Shown: positions 11,548 through 21,007 of the stretch, in pieces
How positions within the stretch are numbered: position 1 is the stretch's first letter
How the letters are laid out: the number at the start of each line of letters is the position of its first letter
IMG/VR virus record: IMGVR_UViG_2734482552_000002
Strand: one strand, 5' to 3'
DNA from: a virus
Lineage: Duplodnaviria > Heunggongvirae > Uroviricota > Caudoviricetes
DNA: 25,499 nucleotides
Notes under the pieces: generated by a model
The model's database searches: none
Told to the model about the DNA's origin: nothing
Seen by the model: the letters and a program-made list of their open reading frames with translations, nothing else
Program-made: the position numbers and the translations under genes

Positions 11548-14101
11548 ACCGGTAGGCGATCTGGTCGTTGATTTGAGTCTGGATGCGGCCAGATTTGACG
11601 AGCAGATGGCCAGAGTCAGGCGTCATTTTTCCGGTACGGAAAGTGATGCGAAAAAAACAGCGGCAGTCGTTGAACAGTCGCTGAGCCGACAGGCGCTGGC
11701 TGCACAGAAAGCGGGGATTTCCGTCGGGCAGTATAAAGCCGCCATGCGTATGCTGCCTGCACAGTTCACCGACGTGGCCACGCAGCTTGCAGGGGGGCAG
11801 AATCCCTGGCTGATCCTGCTGCAACAGGGTGGTCAGGTTAAGGACTCCTTCGGCGGGATGATCCCCATGTTCAGGGGGCTTGCCGGCGCGATCACCCTGC
11901 CGATGGTGGGGGCCACCTCGCTGGCGGTGGCGACCGGTGCGCTGGCGTATGCCTGGTATCAGGGCAACTCAACCCTGTCCGATTTCAACAAAACGCTGGT
12001 CCTTTCCGGTAATCAGGCGGGACTGACGGCAGATCGTATGCTGGTCCTGTCCAGAGCCGGGCAGGCGGCAGGGCTGACGTTTAACCAGACCAGCGAGTCA
12101 CTCAGCGCACTGGTTAAGGCGGGGGTAAGCGGTGAGGCTCAGATTGCGTCCATCAGCCAGAGTGTGGCGCGTTTCTCCTATGCATCCGGCGTGGAGGTGG
12201 ACAAGGTCGCTGAAGCCTTCGGGAAGCTGACCACAGACCCGACGTCGGGGCTGACGGCGATGGCACGCCAGTTCCATAACGTGACGGCGGAGCAGATTGC
12301 GTATGTTGCTCAGTTGCAGCGTTCCGGCGATGAAGCCGGGGCATTGCAGGCGGCGAACGAGGCCGCAACGAAAGGGTTTGATGACCAGACCCGCCGCCTG
12401 AAAGAGAACATGGGCACGCTGGAGACCTGGGCAGACAGGACTGCACGTGCATTCAAATCCATGTGGGATGCGGTGCTGGATATTGGTCGTCCTGATACCG
12501 CGCAGGAGATGCTGATTAAGGCAGAGGCTGCGTTTAAGAAAGCAGACGACATCTGGAATCTGCGCAAGGATGATTATTTCGTTAACGATGAAGCACGGGC
12601 GCGTTACTGGGATGATCGTGAAAAAAAACGCCTGGAGCGGGATGCAGCCCAAAAGAGGGTAGATCAACAGCGTCAACAGGACAAAAATGCGCAGCAGCAG
12701 AGCGATACCGAAGCGTCACGGCTGAAATATACCGAAGAGGCGCAGAAGGCTTACGAACGGCTGCAGACGCCGCTGGAGAAATATACCGCCCGTCAGGAAG
12801 AACTGAACAAGGCACTGAAAGACGGAAAAATCCTGCAGGCAGATTACAACACGCTGATGGCGGCGGCGAAAAAGGATTATGAAGCGACGCTGAAAAAGCC
12901 GAAACAGTCCGGCGTGAAGGTGTATGCGGGCGATCGTCAGGAAGACAGTGCTCATGCGGCCCTGCTGACGCTTCAGGCAGAACTCCGGACGCTGGAGAAG
13001 CATGCCGGAGCGAATGAGAAAATCAGCCAGCAGCGCCGGGATTTGTGGAAGGCAGAAAGTCAGTTCGCGGTACTGGAGGAGGCGGCACAACGTCGCCAGC
13101 TGTCCGCACAGGAGAAATCCCTGCTGGCGCATAAAGACGAGACGCTGGAGTACAAACGCCAGCTGGCTGCACTTGGTGACAAGGTTACGTATCAGGAGCA
13201 CCTGAATGCGCTGGCGCAGCAGGCGGATAAATTCGCACAGCAGCAACGGGCAAAACGGGCAGCCATTGATGCGAAAAACCGGGGGCTGACTGACCGGCAG
13301 GCAGCGCGGGAAGCCACGGAACAGCGCCTGAAGGAACAGTATGGCGATAATCCTCTGGCGCTGAATAACGTCATGTCAGAGCAGAAAAAGACCTGGGCGG
13401 CTGAAGACCAGCTTCGCGGGAGCTGGATGGCAGGCCTGAAGTCCGGCTGGAGTGAGTGGGAAGAGAGCGCCACGGACAGTATGTCACAGGTTAAAAGTGC
13501 AGCCACGCAGACCTTTGATGGTATTGCACAGAATATGGCGGCGATGCTGACCGGCAGTGAACAGAACTGGCGCAGCTTCACCCGCTCCGTGCTGTCCATG
13601 ATGACAGAAATTCTGCTTAAGCAGGCAATGGTGGGGATTGTCGGGAGTATCGGCAGCGCCATTGGCGGGGCTGTTGGTGGCGGCGCATCCGCGTCAGGTG
13701 GTACAGCCATTCAGGCCGCTGCGGTGAAATTCCATTTTGCAACCGGGGGATTTACGGGAACCGGCGGCAAATATGAGCCAGCGGGGATTGTTCACCGTGG
13801 TGAATTTGTCTTCACGAAGGAGGCAACCAGCCGGATTGGCGTGGGGAATCTCTACCGGCTGATGCGCGGCTATGCGGAAGGTGGTTATGTGGGCGGTGCC
13901 GGAAGTCCGGCGCAGATGCGGCGGGCTGAAGGCATTAATTTTAATCAGAACAATCACGTGGTGATTCAGAACGACGGTACGAATGGTCTGCCAGGTCCAC
14001 AGATGATGAAGGCCGTGTATGACATGGCCCGCAAGGGTGCCCGTGATGAAATTCAGACACAGATGCGTGATGGTGGCCTGTTCTCCGGAGGTGGACGATG
14101 A
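11540..14101 (+). CDS. H: tail tape measure protein gpH
   Basis: 853 aa, MAEPVGDLVVDLSLDAARFDEQMARVRRHF...; same length as lambda gpH; coiled-coil-rich middle and Gly-rich C-terminal region. Confidence 0.95.
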   Translation: MAEPVGDLVVDLSLDAARFDEQMARVRRHFSGTESDAKKTAAVVEQSLSRQALAAQKAGISVGQYKAAMRMLPAQFTDVATQLAGGQNPWLILLQQGGQVKDSFGGMIPMFRGLAGAITLPMVGATSLAVATGALAYAWYQGNSTLSDFNKTLVLSGNQAGLTADRMLVLSRAGQAAGLTFNQTSESLSALVKAGVSGEAQIASISQSVARFSYASGVEVDKVAEAFGKLTTDPTSGLTAMARQFHNVTAEQIAYVAQLQRSGDEAGALQAANEAATKGFDDQTRRLKENMGTLETWADRTARAFKSMWDAVLDIGRPDTAQEMLIKAEAAFKKADDIWNLRKDDYFVNDEARARYWDDREKKRLERDAAQKRVDQQRQQDKNAQQQSDTEASRLKYTEEAQKAYERLQTPLEKYTARQEELNKALKDGKILQADYNTLMAAAKKDYEATLKKPKQSGVKVYAGDRQEDSAHAALLTLQAELRTLEKHAGANEKISQQRRDLWKAESQFAVLEEAAQRRQLSAQEKSLLAHKDETLEYKRQLAALGDKVTYQEHLNALAQQADKFAQQQRAKRAAIDAKNRGLTDRQAAREATEQRLKEQYGDNPLALNNVMSEQKKTWAAEDQLRGSWMAGLKSGWSEWEESATDSMSQVKSAATQTFDGIAQNMAAMLTGSEQNWRSFTRSVLSMMTEILLKQAMVGIVGSIGSAIGGAVGGGASASGGTAIQAAAVKFHFATGGFTGTGGKYEPAGIVHRGEFVFTKEATSRIGVGNLYRLMRGYAEGGYVGGAGSPAQMRRAEGINFNQNNHVVIQNDGTNGLPGPQMMKAVYDMARKGARDEIQTQMRDGGLFSGGGR

Positions 14102-14427
14102 AAACCTTCCGCTGGAAAGTGAAACCCGGTATGGATGTGGCTTCGGCCCCTTCTGTAAGAAAGGTGCGCTTTGGTGATGGCTATTCCCAGCGAGCGCCTG
14201 CCGGGCTGAATGCCAACCTGAAAACGTACAGCGTGACGCTTTCTGTCCCCCGTGAGGAGGCCATGGTACTGGAGTCGTTTCTGGAAGAGCACGGGGGCTG
14301 GAAAGCCTTTCTGTGGACGCCGCCTTATGAGTGGCGGCAGATAAAGGTGACCTGCGCAAAATGGTCGTCGCGGGTCAGTATGCTGCGTGTTGAGTTCAGC
14401 GCAGAGTTTGAACAGGTGGTGAACTGA
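14098..14427 (+). CDS. M: minor tail protein gpM
   Basis: 109 aa, MKTFRWKVKPGMDVASAPSVRKVRFGDGYSQRAPAGLNANLK...; matches lambda gpM; ATGA overlap with H. Confidence 0.95.
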   Translation: MKTFRWKVKPGMDVASAPSVRKVRFGDGYSQRAPAGLNANLKTYSVTLSVPREEAMVLESFLEEHGGWKAFLWTPPYEWRQIKVTCAKWSSRVSMLRVEFSAEFEQVVN

Positions 14428-15014
14428 TGCAGGATATCCGGCAGGAAACACTGAATGAATGCACCCGTGCGGAGCAGTCGGCCAGCGTGGTGCTCTGGGA
14501 AATCGATCTGACAGAGGTCGGTGGAGAACGTTATTTTTTCTGTAATGAGCAGAACGAAAAAGGTGAGCCGGTCACCTGGCAGGGGCGACAGTATCAGCCG
14601 TATCCCATTCAGGGGAGTGGTTTTGAACTGAATGGCAAAGGCACCAGTACGCGCCCCACGCTGATGGTTTCTAACCTGTACGGTATGGTCACCGGGATGG
14701 CGGAAGATCTACAGAGTCTGGTCGGCGGAACGGTGGTCCGGCGTAAGGTTTACGCCCGTTTTCTGGATGCGGTGAACTTCGTCAACGGAAACAGTGACGC
14801 CGATCCGGAGCAGGAGGTGATCAGCCGCTGGCGCATTGAGCAGTGCAGCGAACTGAGCGCGGTGAGTGCCTCTTTTGTACTGTCCACGCCGACGGAAACA
14901 GATGGCGCTGTTTTTCCGGGACGTATCATGCTGGCCAACACCTGCACCTGGACCTATCGCGGCGATGAGTGCGGTTATCACGGTCCGGCGGTCGCGGATG
15001 AATATGACCAGCCA
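14427..15014 (+). CDS. L: minor tail protein gpL (3-prime end lost in N-run)
   Basis: MQDIRQETLNECTRAEQSASVVLWEIDLTEVGGERYFFCNEQNEKGEPV...; matches lambda gpL up to the gap. Lambda L is 232 aa as I recall, so about 36 C-terminal codons are missing. Confidence 0.9.
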
Positions 15015-15312
15015 NNNNNNNNNNNNNNNNNNNNNNNNNNNNNNNNNNNNNNNNNNNNNNNNNNNNNNNNNNNNNNNNNNNNNNNNNNNNNNNNNNNNNN
15101 NNNNNNNNNNNNNNNNNNNNNNNNNNNNNNNNNNNNNNNNNNNNNNNNNNNNNNNNNNNNNNNNNNNNNNNNNNNNNNNNNNNNNNNNNNNNNNNNNNNN
15201 NNNNNNNNNNNNNNNNNNNNNNNNNNNNNNNNNNNNNNNNNNNNNNNNNNNNNNNNNNNNNNNNNNNNNNNNNNNNNNNNNNNNNNNNNNNNNNNNNNNN
15301 NNNNNNNNNNNN
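15015..15312. other. N-run (298 nt), assembly gap or masked sequence spanning the L 3-prime end and the L-K junction
   Basis: Literal n characters. Confidence 1.
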
Positions 15313-15330
15313 CCGGAGGCGTATTTCCGT

Positions 15331-15930
15331 ATGTCGCCGGAAGACTGGCTGCAGGCAGAGATGCAGGGTGAGATTGTGGCACTGGTCCACAGCCACCCCG
15401 GTGGTCTGCCCTGGCTGAGTGAGGCCGACCGGCGGCTGCAGGTGCAGAGTGATTTGCCGTGGTGGCTGGTCTGCCGGGGGGCGATTCACAAGTTCCGCTG
15501 TGTGCCACATCTTACCGGGCGGCGCTTTGAGCACGGGGTGACGGACTGTTACACGCTGTTCCGGGATGCTTACCATCTGGCGGGGATTGAGATGCCGGAT
15601 TTTCATCGTGAGGATGACTGGTGGCGTCACGGTCAGAATCTCTATCTGGATAATCTGGAGGCCACAGGGCTGTATCAGGTGCCGTTGTCAGCGGCGCAGC
15701 CGGGCGATGTGCTGCTGTGCTGTTTTGGTTCATCGGTGCCGAATCATGCCGCCATTTACTGTGGTGACGGCGAGCTGCTGCACCATATTCCTGAACAACT
15801 GAGTAAACGAGAGAGGTACACCGACAAATGGCAGCGACGCACACACTCCCTCTGGCGTCACCGGGCATGGCACGCATCTGCCTTTACGGGGATTTGCAAC
15901 GATTTGGCCGCCGCATCGACCTTCGTGTGA
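15331..15930 (+). CDS. K: tail assembly protein gpK (MPN/JAMM plus NlpC/P60-like); 5-prime end may extend into the gap
   Basis: First ATG after the gap (MSPEDWLQAEMQGEIVALVHSHPGGLPWLSEADRRLQ...), 199 codons; the open frame continues upstream to the gap edge at 15313. HSHPGG is a JAMM-type motif. Matches lambda gpK. Confidence 0.85.
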   Translation: MSPEDWLQAEMQGEIVALVHSHPGGLPWLSEADRRLQVQSDLPWWLVCRGAIHKFRCVPHLTGRRFEHGVTDCYTLFRDAYHLAGIEMPDFHREDDWWRHGQNLYLDNLEATGLYQVPLSAAQPGDVLLCCFGSSVPNHAAIYCGDGELLHHIPEQLSKRERYTDKWQRRTHSLWRHRAWHASAFTGICNDLAAASTFV

Positions 15931-16499
15931 AAACGGGTGCCGAAGCCATCCGGGCGATGGCCACACAGCTCCCTGCGTTTCGTCAGAAGCTGAGCGACGG
16001 CTGGTATCAGGTGCGTATTGCCGGGCAGGATGTTAGCACGTCCGGATTAACGGCACAGTTACATGAGGCTCTGCCTGACGGCGCTGTGATTCATATTGTT
16101 CCCAGAGTCGCCGGGGCCAAGTCAGGTGGTGTATTCCAGATTGTCCTGGGAGCAGCCGCCATTGCCGGATCATTCTTTACCGCCGGAGCCACCCTTGCAG
16201 CATGGGGGGCTGCCATTGGTGCCGGTGGTATGACCGGCATTCTGTTTTCTCTCGGTGCCAGTATGGTGCTCGGCGGTGTGGCTCAGATGCTGGCACCGAA
16301 AGCCAGAACTCCCCGCACACAGACAACGGATAACGGTAAGCAGAACACCTATTTCTCCTCACTGGATAACATGGTTGCCCAGGGCAATGTTATGCCTGTT
16401 CTGTATGGTGAAATGCGCGTGGGGTCACGTGTGGTATCTCAGGAGATCAGCACGGCAGACGAAGGGGACGGTGGTCAGGTTGTGGTGATTGGTCGCTGA
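15828..16499 (+). CDS. I: tail assembly protein gpI
   Basis: 223 aa, MAATHTLPLASPGMARICLYGDLQRFGRRIDLRVKTGAEAIRAMATQLP...; matches lambda gpI; overlaps the K 3-prime end by 103 nt. Confidence 0.93.
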   Translation: MAATHTLPLASPGMARICLYGDLQRFGRRIDLRVKTGAEAIRAMATQLPAFRQKLSDGWYQVRIAGQDVSTSGLTAQLHEALPDGAVIHIVPRVAGAKSGGVFQIVLGAAAIAGSFFTAGATLAAWGAAIGAGGMTGILFSLGASMVLGGVAQMLAPKARTPRTQTTDNGKQNTYFSSLDNMVAQGNVMPVLYGEMRVGSRVVSQEISTADEGDGGQVVVIGR

Positions 16500-16559
16500 T
16501 GCAAAATGTTTTATGTGAAATCGCCTCCGGGCGGTTTTATCGTTTATGGAGCATGACGA

Positions 16560-19500
16560 ATGGGTAAAGGCAGCAGTAAGGGGCATACCCCGCGCGAAGC
16601 GAAGGACAACCTGAAGTCCACGCAGCTGCTGAGTGTGATCGATGCCATCAGCGAAGGGCCGGTTGAAGGTCCGGTGGATGGATTAAAAAGCGTGCTGCTG
16701 AACAGTACGCCGGTGCTGGACAGTGAGGGGAATACCAACATCTCCGGCGTCACGGTGGTGTTCCGGGCAGGTGAGCAGGAGCAGTCACCGCCGGAGGGAT
16801 TTGAATCCTCCGGCTCCGAGACGGTGCTGGGTACGGAAGTGAAATATGACACGCCGATCACCCGGACCATCACGTCGGCAAACATTGACCGACTGCGTTT
16901 TACCTTCGGTGTACAGGCACTGGTGGAAACCACCTCAAAGGGAGACAGGAATCCGTCTGAAGTTCGCCTGCTGGTTCAGATACAGCGTAACGGTGGCTGG
17001 GTGACGGAAAAAGACATCACCATTAAGGGCAAAACCACCTCGCAGTATCTGGCCTCGGTGGTGGTGGATAACCTGCCGCCGCGCCCGTTTAATATCCGGA
17101 TGCGCAGAATGACGCCGGACAGCACCACAGACCAGCTGCAGAACAAAACGCTCTGGTCGTCATACACCGAAATCATCGATGTGAAACAGTGCTACCCGAA
17201 CACGGCACTGGTCGGCGTACAGGTGGATTCGGAGCAGTTCGGCAGCCAGCAGGTGAGCCGTAATTATCATCTTCGCGGGCGCATTCTGCAGGTGCCGTCG
17301 AACTATAATCCGCAGACGCGGCAATACAGCGGTATCTGGGACGGAACGTTAAAACCGGCATACAGCAACAACATGGCCTGGTGTCTGTGGGATATGCTGA
17401 CCCATCCGCGCTATGGCATGGGGAAACGTCTTGGTGCGGCAGATGTGGATAAATGGGCGCTGTATGTCATCGGCCAGTACTGTGACCAGTCGGTGCCGGA
17501 CGGCTTTGGCAGCACGGAGCCGCGCATCACCTGTAATGCCTGGCTGACCACACAGCGCAAGGCGTGGGATGTGCTCAGTGATTTCTGCTCGGCGATGCGC
17601 TGTATGCCGGTATGGAACGGGCAGACGCTGACGTTCGTGCAGGACCGACAGTCGGATAAGGTGTGGGCCTATAACCGCAGTAATGTGGTGATGCCGGATG
17701 ATGGCGCGCCGTTCCGCTACAGTTTCAGCGCCCTGAAAGACCGCCATAATGCCGTTGAGGTGAACTGGATTGACCCGGATAACGGCTGGGAGACGGCGAC
17801 AGAGCTTGTGGAGGATACGCAGGCCATTGTCCGTTACGGTCGTAACGTCACGAAGATGGATGCCTTTGGCTGTACCAGCCGGGGGCAGGCACACCGCGCC
17901 GGGCTGTGGCTGATTAAAACGGAACTGCTGGAGACGCAGACCGTGGATTTCAGCGTGGGTGCTGAAGGGCTTCGTCATGTACCGGGCGATGTCATTGAAA
18001 TCTGCGATGATGACTATGCCGGTATCCGCACCGGCGGGCGCGTGCTGGCGGTGAACAGCCAGACCCGGACGCTGACGCTCGACCGTGAAATCACGCTGCC
18101 ATCCTCCGGCACCACGCTGATAAGCCTGGTTGACGGGCAGGGGAATCCGGTCAGCGTGGAGGTCCAGTCCGTCACCGACGGCGTGAAGGTAAAAGTGAGC
18201 CGTGTTCCTGACGGTGTTGCTGAATACAGCGTGTGGGGGCTGAAGCTGCCGACGCTGCACCAGCGATTGTTCCGCTGCGTGAGTATCCGTGAGAACGACG
18301 ACGGCACGTATGCCATCACCGCCGTGCAGCATGTGCCGGAAAAAGAAGCCATCGTGGATAACGGGGCGCACTTTGACGGCGACCAGAGCGGCACGGTGAA
18401 TGGTGTCACGCCGCCAGCGGTGCAGCACCTGACTGCCGAAGTCACCGCAGACAGCGGGGAATATCAGGTGCTGGCGCGCTGGGACACGCCGAAGGTGGTG
18501 AAGGGCGTGAGCTTCCTGCTCCGTCTGACCGTAACAGCGGATGACGGCAGTGAGCGGCTGGTCAGCACGGCCCGGACGACGGAAACCACTTACCGCTTCA
18601 CACAACTGGCGCTGGGGAACTACAGGCTGACAGTCCGGGCAGTAAATGCGTGGGGGCAGCAGGGCGATCCGGCGTCGGTATCGTTCCGGATTGCCGCACC
18701 GGCAGCGCTGTCGCGGATTGAGCTGACGCCGGGCTATTTTCAGATAACCGCCACGCCGCATCTTGCGGTTTATGATCCGACGGTACAGTTTGAGTTCTGG
18801 TTCTCGGAAAAGCGGATTGCGGATATCAGGCAGGTTGAAACCACAGCACGCTATCTTGGCACGGCGCTGTACTGGATAGCCGCCAGTATCAATATCAAAC
18901 CGGGCCATGATTATTACTTTTATATCCGCAGTGTGAACACCGTTGGCAAATCGGCATTCGTGGAGGCTGTTGGTCAGCCGAGTGATGATGCATCCGGTTA
19001 TCTGGATTTTTTCAAAGGCGAGATAGGGAAAACCCATCTGGCTCAGGAGCTGTGGACGCAGATTGATAACGGTCAGCTTGCGCCTGACCTGGCTGAAATC
19101 AGGACGTCCATTACGGATGTCAGCAATGAAATCACGCAGACCGTCAATAAGAAACTGGAAGACCAGAGTGCGGCAATTCAGCAGATACAGAAGGTTCAGG
19201 TTGATACAAATAATAACCTGAACAGCATGTGGGCTGTGAAGCTGCAGCAGATGCAGGACGGACGCCTTTATATCGCGGGTATTGGTGCCGGTATTGAGAA
19301 CACCCCTGACGGCATGCAGAGTCAGGTGCTGCTGGCGGCGGACAGGATTGCGATGGTTAATCCTGCGAATGGCAACACAAAACCGATGTTTGTTGGTCAG
19401 GGCGATCAGATATTCATGAACGACGTGTTCCTGAAACGCCTGACGGCCCCCACCATTACCAGCGGTGGAAATCCATCGGCATTTTCCCTGACTCCGGACG

Positions 19501-20057
19501 GAAAGCTGACCGCTAAAAATGCGGATATCAGTGGCAGTGTGAATGCGAACGCCGGGACGCTCAACAATGTCACGGTAAATGAAAACTGTACGATTAAGGG
19601 CATGCTGGAGGCGACTCAGGTCAGAGGTGACTTCGTTAAAGCTGTATCCAAATCATTTCCGAAACAGGCTGGTACGTGGGGTAACACGGAAACACCAAAC
19701 GGGACGGTTACAGTCACCATAAGCGATGATCATAACTTTGACCGCCAGATTATTATTCCGCCCATTATTTTTAACGGTATAGCGTATGACGATCCGGGGA
19801 GCGGAAATAACCCAGGAGGCACGCGATACACGGGTTATGGTTTTGAAGTTCGCAAAAACGGCGTATTAATCGCATCCAGAGAAACTAAAGGGGCCATTCC
19901 CGGTAGTTACAGTGCAGTTATTGATATGCCTAGTGGTGGTGGTAGCGTCACTCTGGAGTTTAAGATTTTCCAGAAAGGCAATCAGGGGGCAGGCAATATC
20001 ACCGACTGTACGGTGATTGTGACCAAAAAAGCGGCTTCCGGCATCAGTATTCGTTGA
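16560..20057 (+). CDS. J: tail tip attachment / host specificity protein gpJ (central tail fibre)
   Basis: 1165 aa, [53 protein letters not shown]...; the N-terminal and central parts are clearly lambda gpJ. Lambda J is 1132 aa as I recall, so the length differs, most likely in the C-terminal receptor-binding part. Confidence 0.93.
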   Translation: MGKGSSKGHTPREAKDNLKSTQLLSVIDAISEGPVEGPVDGLKSVLLNSTPVLDSEGNTNISGVTVVFRAGEQEQSPPEGFESSGSETVLGTEVKYDTPITRTITSANIDRLRFTFGVQALVETTSKGDRNPSEVRLLVQIQRNGGWVTEKDITIKGKTTSQYLASVVVDNLPPRPFNIRMRRMTPDSTTDQLQNKTLWSSYTEIIDVKQCYPNTALVGVQVDSEQFGSQQVSRNYHLRGRILQVPSNYNPQTRQYSGIWDGTLKPAYSNNMAWCLWDMLTHPRYGMGKRLGAADVDKWALYVIGQYCDQSVPDGFGSTEPRITCNAWLTTQRKAWDVLSDFCSAMRCMPVWNGQTLTFVQDRQSDKVWAYNRSNVVMPDDGAPFRYSFSALKDRHNAVEVNWIDPDNGWETATELVEDTQAIVRYGRNVTKMDAFGCTSRGQAHRAGLWLIKTELLETQTVDFSVGAEGLRHVPGDVIEICDDDYAGIRTGGRVLAVNSQTRTLTLDREITLPSSGTTLISLVDGQGNPVSVEVQSVTDGVKVKVSRVPDGVAEYSVWGLKLPTLHQRLFRCVSIRENDDGTYAITAVQHVPEKEAIVDNGAHFDGDQSGTVNGVTPPAVQHLTAEVTADSGEYQVLARWDTPKVVKGVSFLLRLTVTADDGSERLVSTARTTETTYRFTQLALGNYRLTVRAVNAWGQQGDPASVSFRIAAPAALSRIELTPGYFQITATPHLAVYDPTVQFEFWFSEKRIADIRQVETTARYLGTALYWIAASINIKPGHDYYFYIRSVNTVGKSAFVEAVGQPSDDASGYLDFFKGEIGKTHLAQELWTQIDNGQLAPDLAEIRTSITDVSNEITQTVNKKLEDQSAAIQQIQKVQVDTNNNLNSMWAVKLQQMQDGRLYIAGIGAGIENTPDGMQSQVLLAADRIAMVNPANGNTKPMFVGQGDQIFMNDVFLKRLTAPTITSGGNPSAFSLTPDGKLTAKNADISGSVNANAGTLNNVTVNENCTIKGMLEATQVRGDFVKAVSKSFPKQAGTWGNTETPNGTVTVTISDDHNFDRQIIIPPIIFNGIAYDDPGSGNNPGGTRYTGYGFEVRKNGVLIASRETKGAIPGSYSAVIDMPSGGGSVTLEFKIFQKGNQGAGNITDCTVIVTKKAASGISIR

Positions 20058-20079
20058 AATATTTATAACCCCAATAAAT

Positions 20080-20106
20080 GGCGTCAGGAATGACGCCTTT
20101 TTTATT
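20080..20106 (+). terminator. rho-independent terminator downstream of J
   Basis: GGCGTCA-GGAA-TGACGCC hairpin (20080-20097) followed by TTTTTTATT. Confidence 0.75.
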
Positions 20107-20127
20107 GCAGAAAAGCGAGAGGTAATT

Positions 20128-20943
20128 ATGCGTAAAGTTTGTGCAGCCATTTTGTCCGCAGCCATTTGCCTGGCCGTATCCGGTGCGCCTGCATGGGCGT
20201 CTGAACATCAGTCCACGCTGAGCGCGGGGTATCTTCATGCCCGGACCAACGTTCCCGGCAGTGATGATCTGAACGGGATTAACGTGAAATACCGTTATGA
20301 GTTTACGGATACGCTGGGGCTGGTGACGTCATTCAGCTATGCAGGAGACAAGAATCGCCAGCTGACCCGTTACAGCGATACCCGCTGGCATGAAGATTCC
20401 GTGCGTAACCGCTGGTTCAGCGTGATGGCGGGGCCGTCTGTGCGCGTGAATGAATGGTTCAGCGCGTATGCGATGGCGGGTGTGGCTTACAGCCGTGTGT
20501 CGACTTTCTCCGGGGATTATCTCCGCGTAACTGACAACAAGGGGAAAACGCACGACGTGCTGACCGGAAGTGATGACGGTCGCCACAGCAACACGTCTCT
20601 GNNNNNNNNNNNNNNNNNNNNNNNNNNNNNNNNNNNNNNNNNNNNNNNNNNNNNNNNNNNNNNNNNNNNNNNNNNNNNNNNNNNNNNNNNNNNNNNNNNN
20701 NNNNNNNNNNNNNNNNNNNNNNNNNNNNNNNNNNNNNNNNNNNNNNNNNNNNNNNNNNNNNNNNNNNNNNNNNNNNNNNNNNNNNNNNNNNNNNNNNNNN
20801 NNNNNNNNNNNNNNNNNNNNNNNNNNNNNNNNNNNNNNNNNNNNNNNNNNNNNNNNNNNNGACCGGAAGTGATGACGGTCGCCACAGCAACACGTCTCTG
20901 GCGCACTGACGGTTTCATCGTGGGTGTCGGTTATAAATTCTGA
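20128..20943 (+). CDS. lom: outer membrane protein Lom (Ail/Lom family), interrupted by N-run
   Basis: MRKVCAAILSAAICLAVSGAPAWASEHQSTLSAGYLHARTNVPGSDDLNGINVKYRYEF... (signal peptide plus beta-barrel) and C-terminus ...WRTDGFIVGVGYKF match lambda Lom. The reading frame across the gap is not trustworthy. Confidence 0.88.
   Translation: MRKVCAAILSAAICLAVSGAPAWASEHQSTLSAGYLHARTNVPGSDDLNGINVKYRYEFTDTLGLVTSFSYAGDKNRQLTRYSDTRWHEDSVRNRWFSVMAGPSVRVNEWFSAYAMAGVAYSRVSTFSGDYLRVTDNKGKTHDVLTGSDDGRHSNTSLXXXXXXXXXXXXXXXXXXXXXXXXXXXXXXXXXXXXXXXXXXXXXXXXXXXXXXXXXXXXXXXXXXXXXXXXXXXXXXXXXXXXXXXPEVMTVATATRLWRTDGFIVGVGYKF
20602..20860. other. N-run (259 nt), assembly gap inside lom, flanked by an identical 40-nt direct repeat
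   Basis: Literal n characters; GACCGGAAGTGATGACGGTCGCCACAGCAACACGTCTCTG occurs at 20562-20601 and again at 20861-20900. Confidence 1.
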
Positions 20944-20970
20944 TTAGCCAGGTAACACAGTGTTATGACA

Positions 20971-20997
20971 GCCCGCCGGTTCAGGCGGGCTTTTTTG
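20971..20997 (+). terminator. rho-independent terminator downstream of lom
   Basis: GCCCGCCGG-TTCA-GGCGGGC hairpin followed by TTTTTTGT. Confidence 0.8.
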
Positions 20998-21007
20998 TGG
21001 GGTGAAT

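Noticed and set aside
12098-14451. Multiple minus-strand ORFs (up to 221 aa) antisense to H and M
   Set aside because: Overlap the tape-measure and M genes, which match lambda in sequence and length; no independent support.
17349-19037. 562-aa minus-strand ORF antisense to J
   Set aside because: Lies entirely within the confidently identified J gene; the Arg/Pro/Gly-rich composition is typical of a spurious antisense frame in high-GC coding sequence.
9427-20860. Treating the three N-runs as real sequence lengths or as biologically meaningful deletions
   Set aside because: Flanking genes compared with lambda show the N-run lengths are inconsistent with the expected missing sequence, and one gap is flanked by a 40-nt duplicate, so they are assembly or masking artefacts.
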